A stretch of DNA of 20,000 bases, taken from Stramenopiles sp. TOSAG23-2 (lineage: Eukaryota). The stretch lies in assembly GCA_900128395.1 (NCBI GenBank), contig LT649241.1, forward strand, positions 57,262 to 77,261. Reading direction: 5' to 3'. Positions 8,955-16,265 of this stretch are shown one piece after another. The translations under genes were made by a program, and so were the position numbers. Below the pieces are notes generated by a model. It searched no databases. It was not told the DNA's origin and saw only the letters and a list, made by a program, of their open reading frames with translations. The first letter of the stretch is position 1; each line of letters begins with the position of its first letter.

Positions 8955-10740
8955 TACATACTTGTCATTTCTATGCCACCTGGTTCAATGCCATTATCTT
9001 TTTTTTTTGGCACTTTTTCTAATATTTCTTCTTCTTCTTCTTCTTCTTCTTTCTTCCTTTGTGATTTTCTTGGAGATAAGAAATCAACTGGGCGTTCGAC
9101 CACGGTCTCATTTGTATTTGGATTAAAGTAAACGTCTTTTCCTGTAATAGGATCCTGTCGTTTGATCCAATAATTTCTTTTCGTTCCATCTGTTGCTTCA
9201 TGATCATCTGGTAGTGCCCATGAAGAAATCAACTGGGCGTTCGACCACGGTCTCATTTGTATTTGGATTAAAGTAAACGTCTTTTCCTGTAATAGGATCC
9301 TGTCGTTTGATCCAATAATTTCTTTTCGTTCCATCTGTTGCTTCATGATCATCTGGTAGTGCCCATGACGTCTTACGACTCTCTCGGTGAAAATAATAAT
9401 CTTTCCCAGTTTTTGGATCATGATGCTGTTCATAAATATGATTTTCTTCGTCTGCCAACTCTTCATTTTCCCTTTCTGCATCTTCTACGGTGTTTTTTTC
9501 CACTTGCCTTAGATTTCTAAGGGTAATAAATAATAATCTTTCCCAGTTTTTGGATCATGATGCTGTTCATAAATATGATTTTCTTCGTCTGCCAACTCTT
9601 CATTTTCCCTTTCTGCATCTTCTACGGTGTTTTTTTCCACTTGCCTTAGATTTCTAAGGGTAATAGCCTCGCAAATCAACAGGAACGCCAATGCTGCAAT
9701 TGCATATATCATGTATTGTATCGCTGGCATAAATGCAAATTTACCGGTGATCACACCGGTATTCATTGCCATAAACCATAGAAAGAAAATATAGCATAGA
9801 AGAGCAATATAGATCGTCGCAGTCACAGGATTCAAGCCAGAGCATAAGCTGCATCGTGGAGCTTCACATCGGCACGGTTCAATTTTAGCAGGCGTCACCA
9901 ACTTCCTTCTTTGATATTTTGGGCATGTAATACGACAACATTTCATTCTAGGGCAGCGACAGGTAGGAAGTTCAATATCCCATTGGCCTTTTAACTTCTT
10001 ATCAAATTGAAAATAATCAACCTCTGTAATATGTTCTGGAAATAAATTTTTTGTATGTGCTGGCGACCATACTTTTTTCCCAGAAAGTACTTTGGTATTC
10101 ATACGATAAGAAGAAGTCATTCTGGAAATAAATTTTTTGTATGTGCTGGCGACCATACTTTTTTCCCAGAAAGTACTTTGGTATTCATACGATAAGAAGA
10201 AGTCATTCGAATCCTATCGTCGCAAATGATTAAATCATATGCTTTTTCACCATGTCGCAGGGATCCACGAAATGCATCAGTTGGTTTTTTACCACCATTA
10301 AGTCGAACATGTTGTACACCAGAATCATTTAAATCTACGGTGTCTTGTACAATTTCATACTATTTTGTAGACAAGTGTTAGTAAATTGTGTGAGAAAAAG
10401 AAATGGTTAAAATATACTGTATATAGGTACGCATATACGGATTTATACAAAGAAAAAAAAAACTTACCTCATCTTCCATAAGTATTTCCTCTGAGACAAC
10501 GTCGTTAGATTGTACTTTTATTCCTACTTTAGTATTAAGTTTAAGTGGATTAAGTGTTGTATTTAGTGAATTATGTCTAATTTTATTTAGTTTATTTAGT
10601 GGATTCATTGTTGTATTTAGTGTTGTTAACTCTTGCTCTTTCATTTTTTGCTTCGTCATGTTTTGTCTCATTATGTTTGTGCTTTTATTGCCTCTCCCAC
10701 CTTTACCACCACTACCACTCTTGAGAGAGGATCTCTTCAT
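4812..10740 (-). CDS. Large 4-TM surface protein with tandem WW domains and Cys-rich repeat ectodomain (3 exons, ~1511 aa reconstructed)
   Basis: Exon 1 10740-10468, exon 2 10359-8962, exon 3 8816-4812. Removing one copy each of the 86, 137, 145, 166, 196, 141, 144 and 125-bp duplications gives 273+1030+3233 = 4536 nt = 1512 codons in one frame. Features in order: TM1 (TATIYIALLCYIFFLWFMAM), TM2 (MPAIQYMIYAIAALAFLLICEAITL), two WW, poly-E, TM3 (ACILTSCAFCWHLIFVFVIAIATL), Cys modules, PT-rich stalk, TM4 (WVSVMIALVIEVIVMICIAILT). Confidence 0.85.
5526..5775. repeat. Exact tandem duplication, 125-bp unit (frameshifts the CDS)
   Basis: 5526-5650 = 5651-5775; explains the break between track ORFs 5600..8164 and 4812..5663. 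Confidence 0.95.
5872..6159. repeat. Exact tandem duplication, 144-bp unit (in frame, 48 aa)
   Basis: 5872-6015 = 6016-6159; creates a partial Cys module. Confidence 0.95.
6147..6950. repeat. Tandem duplication, 381-bp period (127 aa = one A plus one B Cys module)
   Basis: The 42-bp segment gtagcacatgatagactttcc...gaattgcca occurs at 6147, 6528 and 6909; the intervening sequences look identical. Confidence 0.93.
7590..7871. repeat. Exact tandem duplication, 141-bp unit (in frame, 47 aa)
   Basis: 7590-7730 = 7731-7871. Confidence 0.95.
7938..8328. repeat. Tandem duplication, 195-bp unit plus 1 extra base at the junction (frameshifts the CDS)
   Basis: 7938-8132 = 8134-8328, extra t at 8133. 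Confidence 0.95.
8362..8693. repeat. Exact tandem duplication, 166-bp unit (frameshifts the CDS)
   Basis: 8362-8527 = 8528-8693. Confidence 0.95.
8817..8961 (-). other. Spliceosomal intron 2 (145 bp, phase 1) of the large membrane gene
   Basis: Donor ACA A|GTATGT at 8961, (TA)n tract, CCTAAC branch-like motif, acceptor CTAATATAG|GA at 8817. Splicing gives ...GGIEMT-R-TARNLLSIKAIHENVENHHRACIL... in frame. Confidence 0.85.
9078..9367. repeat. Exact tandem duplication, 145-bp unit (frameshifts the CDS)
   Basis: 9078-9222 = 9223-9367. Confidence 0.95.
9391..9664. repeat. Exact tandem duplication, 137-bp unit (frameshifts the CDS)
   Basis: 9391-9527 = 9528-9664. Confidence 0.95.
10034..10205. 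repeat. Exact tandem duplication, 86-bp unit (frameshifts the CDS)
   Basis: 10034-10119 = 10120-10205, with ttc microhomology. Confidence 0.95.
10360..10467 (-). other. Spliceosomal intron 1 (108 bp, phase 0) of the large membrane gene
   Basis: Donor GAG|GTAAGT at 10467, canonical TACTAAC branch point at 10383-10377, acceptor AATAG|TAT at 10360. Splicing gives ...ILMEDE-YEIVQDTVDLNDSG... in frame. Confidence 0.9.
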
Positions 10741-10952
10741 GATTTGAATTGTTTGTTTGAAAGCTCTCCTAAACCTAAATAATCTATTATCTTATCTAAT
10801 GGATAATAATCAACCTGCAGATTTTTGCAGAGTGTAAGTTATATACTGTATGTATATATATTTTAATATATCTAAAATCTAAAAAAAGCATTTTTTTGAT
10901 GAAGGGCACAAGGCACGAGAAAATAAAAAAAGCTAACAACTGGCTAATAAAG

Positions 10953-10981
10953 AAGCTGGAAAGCTGGAAAGCTGGAAAGCT
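10953..10981. repeat. Short tandem repeat (aagctgga) x3.6
   Basis: aagctgga aagctgga aagctgga aagct. Confidence 0.9.
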
Positions 10982-10986
10982 TATTC

Positions 10987-11150
10987 CTCAGCTGGTCACA
11001 GCAGCAGAATTTCTAATGCGCAAGTGCGTAAGTTGATTTTTAGGTGAGAAGTGACGACTGGACTATAATACCTATTAGGTATTATTAGACTATTTATATT
11101 ATATGTACTATTAATCCCTCCTCTTCTCTGCTGATGTGACAATAGCTGAG
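10987..11150. mobile_element. Possible degenerate MITE or foldback element
   Basis: Left ctcagctggtcacagcagcaga vs reverse complement of right end ctcagctattgtcacatcagcaga; near-central palindrome ataataccta-t-taggtattat (11065-11085). No clear TSD. Confidence 0.35.
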
Positions 11151-11334
11151 CTCTATAGTTTAAGTTGTGGCGTTGTGGATAGATTTAAGATTGGATGCTA
11201 TTCGAATACAGATTGTTATCCCAAATTGTCTAATTTCGTCATTTTTATTGGATTGTCAAATTCCTTAAAACTGGTGTCAAAAAACAAAGTAGCTCCAGTG
11301 CTATGTCGTTACTAGATAGATAGATCTACCTGAT

Positions 11335-11584
11335 AAACGAATGGCACTTTGCTTGACCTTTTTTTTTTTTTACGAGATGCATATTTTCGGATATTATCAG
11401 ATTAAATAATTTAATTTTTCAAGTTATTTGTCGTTTTCGTCATTTAAATAGTAATATCATCAGTTTTGCAATGATATTTTTCACTCTAAATTTTACTAAA
11501 ATCAGTGATGACATTTTTGGAATTTAGATGTCGATATTTTTTCGATCTGAAAAAAAAAATGGTCAAGCATAGTGCCATTCATTT
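11335..11584. mobile_element. MITE-like non-autonomous element (~250 bp) with ~35-bp terminal inverted repeats
   Basis: Left aaacgaatggcactttgcttgacc-t(n); reverse complement of right aaatgaatggcactatgcttgacc-a-t(n). The 20-bp core matches 19/20. AT-rich non-coding interior; cctga on both flanks (11329-11333, 11585-11589). Confidence 0.65.
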
Positions 11585-11591
11585 CCTGAGT

Positions 11592-11629
11592 ATATACAGT
11601 ATGGCAGCTGTCGCTGCCATACTGTATAT
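11592..11629. repeat. Perfect 17-bp stem with 4-nt loop
   Basis: atatacagtatggcagc-tgtc-gctgccatactgtatat. Confidence 0.95.
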
Positions 11630-11920
11630 GCGAATAGCATAGCGGGGTTTCCTGAGTAAGATAGATCTATTCCCATACTATACACATAGTGCTATTGCCA
11701 TACTAGATACAGATGTCTTCTTCGACGACGAATTTTTAAAATAGCTTTTCCTTATTAAATATTAACTTTTTATCACCACCATATGTTCACCACTGTCCTC
11801 ATTTTTATTGCGATTTTTGTCTTGTTCACCAGAACTTATCATTTCACTTACAATACTTTTTATTAATTTAGTAAGATCCTGCATTATGTTTACACAAGGC
11901 TTAGAGATACATATATTCTT

Positions 11921-14407
11921 TTATTTGGTTTTCTGCAAGAGTTCCAGTATTAAATCCATTTTTTCGGTCATTTTCTTCATTTCTTCTTGACGGGACTGTT
12001 TTATTTCTTTCATGTCATTTTGTAACTTTTCTATTTTTTTATTCAATCTTGTTTCCATTGGTTGAATAACTTTTCTGACATGGTTTCCACCTTCCCTTGA
12101 CGCTTCTTTCTCTTTTCGTAATGTATCTGTATGTTTATAAAGCTCCCATATTTTATGACTAATTTGATACTTTTCGAGTTCCGAAATAAGTGACTCCTTA
12201 CAGAGTGAACGTTTTTTCTTCTTACCTTCCAAAATTACAGCAATAATTTGCTGTAATAATAACTTCTCGCGAATATGAGAAAAAAAAGCATATGTAGTTT
12301 CGTATGGTATCTTCACAGAGTTATTTTCACTTGTCGATATTTCTTCCGCATTTTTAAGTTTTAGTACAGTTCCAACAATTATATTTACATCATCTGCCTT
12401 CAGATGTGCCATTTTTTCTTCAATTTTTGTTACATTGTCTGTCATATAATGTTTCAACACTTTTATCAAAATGTCACTTTGTAATTCTTTATCAAACACA
12501 AGTCCATCCGATACCGCATCGCATGCATCTAACAGAATTTTAGAGCCCATTGTGGAGGTAAAACGCATTTTTGCTACCCATGCTGGCCCATAGTCTGCGG
12601 CGTCAGCCTCTTTTACTGCTGGCTCAGAACATTTACATTGCATAGGTATGCATTTCTTCAATATCATTAATGGTTGAAAAATGGCTACATATGCTAACCG
12701 GTGAAGTGTATATTGAATAATGGTTTCATTTGCTCTTGTCCTCAAGCGTTGCTTGTCTTTGTGAATTTCAAAACCATCACTAATAACAGCAATCAAAATA
12801 TTGACAATGACTGTGCTCATAACAAGAAATATTAACCAAACGGTGATATACTTATACATATAAGCACCTCCCATACCAATTCCGTTGTAATTTGACCCAA
12901 GTCCATCAGACATGTAGTTATCATAATCATATAAACCAAAAGAGAAGCGAGCAATGGTATTCATAGCAGTGAAGAATGTTGCAAAATCGCGATAACCACC
13001 CCATCCTCCAGAACGAATGTAACCAAATGATGCACAACCAACTAGAAGGACTAACACAATAAATAATGTGTTGCTTATATCACTAAATGCATACCATAGT
13101 GTACTAGTTAAGACGTTTGCACCACTATGCCAAGATAATTCTTTTACCACAAGCAACATTATCCAAAGACTTCCAAATGCTAATACAAATGCGGTTTGCG
13201 CATTTCTCTGATAAATAGAGTTATATTTATCATAACCATAATTAAATCTAGTTGTCTTTTCAATTGAATTTACTTCTCCGAAATCGTGTTTTATTAATGC
13301 ATCTTTTGGGAATTCAGCAAGAAACCAGTACATTAGTTGACCAGTAAAATAAAAAAATATATATAAACTAACCAAATCAATTTTGTATGGAACTGTTCTG
13401 ATAATACTAAAAATATGAGAACATTGTAAATTTGACTTGTTATTATTCCAATTATACTGGCATAAAGTGATACTTGAAATAGTCCGCCACAAGTAGATAA
13501 GTTGCCATATGGAGGAAATGGCAAACCATGCAATGAAGCTATAATTTGTAGAAAATGGGATGGTGTTTATTGATTTGGTTTGCAGTTGGAAAATATTTTC
13601 TCCATCATTTTCAAGCCATATATCTGTCCAATACCATAAATGATAATACGGGTTAAGTGTTTCAATTACAATCTCTCTTACTCGTATTGCTTTTTCTTCA
13701 TGACTTAACGCTTTTTCTAAATTTCTCAATTGTTTAGATACAATTTTACTTCTGTTGCTTTGGTTAAGTTCTGCAGAATAAATCGGCACGGAAATTGAGC
13801 CCCAGTGCTTAAAAACTTCACTATATACATCATATTTATCTTTCAATAATAAAACAATATCATTTAAACCTTCATCATGTTCCATTGAAGAGACACCCGA
13901 ACAAGCTTTATCATACTCTTTTACGCGTGACTCGTCATGAATTTTACTTTTGTATCCAAGTGGGTGGTGTTTTGTGTGGTTGCATAATGTTGGTTCTATA
14001 TAAATGGTTGCTCTCATCAGTACCATATTCATTTCTTCAACCTGTTTGCTATTTACAACTAAATCTTCCACTACATTTAAAGTCCATAAATTAAATTTTG
14101 CACGGCCTAGTGAGTCATCTGGCACTATTAAGTTTCTTCTCAAGTTTTGCTTGTCTACTTGCAAATCGACGTTATAAGTTATTGAACAATTAAGCTGAAA
14201 GATAATGACTATATATATAAGCAGAAACGTACACCGATTCCAACCTTCATATGCATAACGATCCTCCAATACTTCAAAGAAATTTATAGAATATTCCGTT
14301 TCTTTTTCCATGGAGTCCTTGTCCACTTCCACATGTTTTTTGTCCTCTTGCCAGCGATTAGCTCGGTCGGATGATGGCACTATCTGTCCAAGTCGTGCAT
14401 TTTCCAT
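11921..14407 (-). CDS. Polycystin-2 (PKD2/TRPP)-like cation channel, 828 aa, apparently intronless
   Basis: S1 followed by a large extracellular loop, then S2-S6. S4-S5 linker LVVKELSWHSGANVLTSTLWYAFSDI; pore helix RDFATFFTAMNTIARFSFGLYDY; S6 VIVNILIAVISDGFEIHK (cf. PKD2 LLNMFLAIINDTYSEVK); C-terminal coiled coil. Confidence 0.85.
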   Translation of the reverse strand: MENARLGQIVPSSDRANRWQEDKKHVEVDKDSMEKETEYSINFFEVLEDRYAYEGWNRCTFLLIYIVIIFQLNCSITYNVDLQVDKQNLRRNLIVPDDSLGRAKFNLWTLNVVEDLVVNSKQVEEMNMVLMRATIYIEPTLCNHTKHHPLGYKSKIHDESRVKEYDKACSGVSSMEHDEGLNDIVLLLKDKYDVYSEVFKHWGSISVPIYSAELNQSNRSKIVSKQLRNLEKALSHEEKAIRVREIVIETLNPYYHLWYWTDIWLENDGENIFQLQTKSINTIPFSTNYSFIAWFAISSIWQLIYLWRTISSITLCQYNWNNNKSNLQCSHIFSIIRTVPYKIDLVSLYIFFYFTGQLMYWFLAEFPKDALIKHDFGEVNSIEKTTRFNYGYDKYNSIYQRNAQTAFVLAFGSLWIMLLVVKELSWHSGANVLTSTLWYAFSDISNTLFIVLVLLVGCASFGYIRSGGWGGYRDFATFFTAMNTIARFSFGLYDYDNYMSDGLGSNYNGIGMGGAYMYKYITVWLIFLVMSTVIVNILIAVISDGFEIHKDKQRLRTRANETIIQYTLHRLAYVAIFQPLMILKKCIPMQCKCSEPAVKEADAADYGPAWVAKMRFTSTMGSKILLDACDAVSDGLVFDKELQSDILIKVLKHYMTDNVTKIEEKMAHLKADDVNIIVGTVLKLKNAEEISTSENNSVKIPYETTYAFFSHIREKLLLQQIIAVILEGKKKKRSLCKESLISELEKYQISHKIWELYKHTDTLRKEKEASREGGNHVRKVIQPMETRLNKKIEKLQNDMKEIKQSRQEEMKKMTEKMDLILELLQKTK

Positions 14408-14914
14408 GACAATTTATCGATAAACTACAATACTAATCATAAACTGCGTGGGGTGCGAGGGGCTTTTGTTTTGTTGTTGTTGAAATAATATTTAATTTAC
14501 TAGTGACTAGTGTTTTATATTATAAATATATAAATATAATATAACTGCCAGAACTATCTGTGCTCCTAGTATTAAAATACATTGCAGAAAAGGCTGTAAA
14601 AAATATACAAGCGTATTATAAGCATACCAGTAATATAATAAATATTAATAGGCATCCTATAAGACCTAAGAGCTATAAGAGTATAAGAGCCTAAGTGCGT
14701 AAAAAATTAGAAGAAGTACGAGAAGTAGTAGCTACTGTATACTTAGAATACTACACTACCTAATAAAAAAAAAAAATAATAAAAATAATTTCAATTATTA
14801 GAAGAATAATAATACTATTATTATTATGTGCTTATTGAAATTATTACCAGGACTTCTTTCTACATACATGTATACATAATAAATAAAAAATCAAAATTCA
14901 AAAAGGTGCAAAAT

Positions 14915-15124
14915 TATCACACAATGGGAAGAAAAACATATGTACAAAACGATTGATTTACACATATATTATTACAGCTTTTACGTGTGTATGTATTTTG
15001 AAAGATAACGTTTATCATATATCACACAATGGGAAGAAAAACATATGTACAAAACGATTGATTTACACATATATTATTACAGCTTTTACGTGTGTATGTA
15101 TTTTGAAAGATAACGTTTATCATA
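14915..15124. repeat. Exact tandem duplication, 105-bp unit
   Basis: 14915-15019 = 15020-15124. Confidence 0.95.
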
Positions 15125-15194
15125 TTGTACCATATTGATACCTACATCCATTTTTTTTGTTTGTTATATACATATATATATATATACACATAAC

Positions 15195-16265
15195 ATGTCC
15201 AATTTAACCACGTTAAACAACATTAACTATGCACAACGTGTCATTGAAAGTCATGCTGAAACAAGTAGTTTAAACCACCATGTTGAAACAATACAAACGA
15301 GTCGTCCTGTTATAAAAAAGACAACGAAAAAAACATTGAATAAAAAGAAACGTAATGCATTATCAAATGTTGAGCCAAATTTATTAGGTATGAAAAAAGC
15401 GAGATCAAATAATGATGATAATACAACAAATACTGACGAAGATAATTTTACTAATATTGTAACAAACTGTCCAGATATTGATGAGTTGTTTCATGAAGGA
15501 AAAGGTTTACGAGAGAATGATATTGTTTCGATATATGGTAAAGCCGGTCTTGGTAAAACACAAATATGTCACATTTTTGCAGCCAATTGCTTGTTTAATG
15601 ATTCAAAAAGTAAAGTTATTTGGATATCATGTAATAATAATAGTTTTCGACCATCTCGTATCAAAGAAATTTTACAATCAAAAAATTTACCAAATACAGA
15701 AATTTCAAAATTATTAGATCAAATCTTATTTATTGACATTCAAGGAAAATATAAAAATGGAAATACATTGGATGGAGTTGAGACGTTTGTCAAAATAGCA
15801 AAAAATCAAGCTAATGTTAAATTGTTAATTGTTGATTCTATTGGAAATGCATATAAAATACATCGCAATAGTAAAAAAAATGGTGCACTACCATCAACCG
15901 TCTCACCAAAATTAGCAATGAATCGTGTTATAAATACTATTAAAGAATATGTTCAATTTAAAAAAACACCAGTTATTTTGACAAATGATGTTGTAGCAAA
16001 TATGAGTGGTGGTAGTAGCAGCAATTATAATAACAATAAAGATGACGATGGCAATGGTAGCGGTAGTAGTGGAATAAGTATTTACTCGGCGTCAAAATTT
16101 ACTAGTAAGCCTGTTATCAATATTGAGAGGCATTGCAGTTTAATTTTGAGATTAACACGTAGGGATGGAACATCAAGACGAAAAATGACATTATTATCAC
16201 AAAATAATGATGCTATGAATGAAGCAATGTTTGATATTGTTACAACTGGTTTAGCTGGGAATTAA
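15195..16265 (+). CDS. RecA/RAD51-family ATPase, RAD51-paralogue-like (resembles RAD51D), 356 aa
   Basis: Likely ATG at 15195 (MSNLTT). TNCPDIDELF..GL, Walker A GKAGLGKTQIC, FRPSRI, Walker B LLIVDS, VILTNDV, C-terminal FDIVTTGL. No recognisable N-terminal HhH domain as in RAD51/DMC1. Confidence 0.85.
   Translation: MSNLTTLNNINYAQRVIESHAETSSLNHHVETIQTSRPVIKKTTKKTLNKKKRNALSNVEPNLLGMKKARSNNDDNTTNTDEDNFTNIVTNCPDIDELFHEGKGLRENDIVSIYGKAGLGKTQICHIFAANCLFNDSKSKVIWISCNNNSFRPSRIKEILQSKNLPNTEISKLLDQILFIDIQGKYKNGNTLDGVETFVKIAKNQANVKLLIVDSIGNAYKIHRNSKKNGALPSTVSPKLAMNRVINTIKEYVQFKKTPVILTNDVVANMSGGSSSNYNNNKDDDGNGSGSSGISIYSASKFTSKPVINIERHCSLILRLTRRDGTSRRKMTLLSQNNDAMNEAMFDIVTTGLAGN

Noticed and set aside
2117-10205. 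Duplications as a CRISPR array or satellite
   Set aside because: Every unit is different local sequence present twice; there is no shared repeat with spacers, no cas genes, and the context is eukaryotic.
9078-10205. Idea that each duplicated copy is removed as an intron (intron gain by duplication of an AG|GT proto-splice site)
   Set aside because: The 86-bp and 145-bp units contain no sense-strand AGGT, so precise GT-AG removal of one period is not possible; duplications also occur in intergenic DNA.
8918-10740. Treating track ORFs 8918..9481, 9204..9503, 9509..10156 and 10378..10740 as separate genes or a pseudogene
   Set aside because: All join in frame once introns and duplications are accounted for, with no independent stops or indels.
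14654-14700. Degenerate 8-9 bp repeats (ctataaga, cctaagag, gtataagag)
   Set aside because: Short and irregular; consistent with ordinary slippage-derived low complexity, not telomeric.
15135-15194. N-terminal extension of the RAD51-like ORF given in the track
   Set aside because: It starts at TTG and runs through a T-rich/(TA)n tract; the ATG at 15195 is more plausible.
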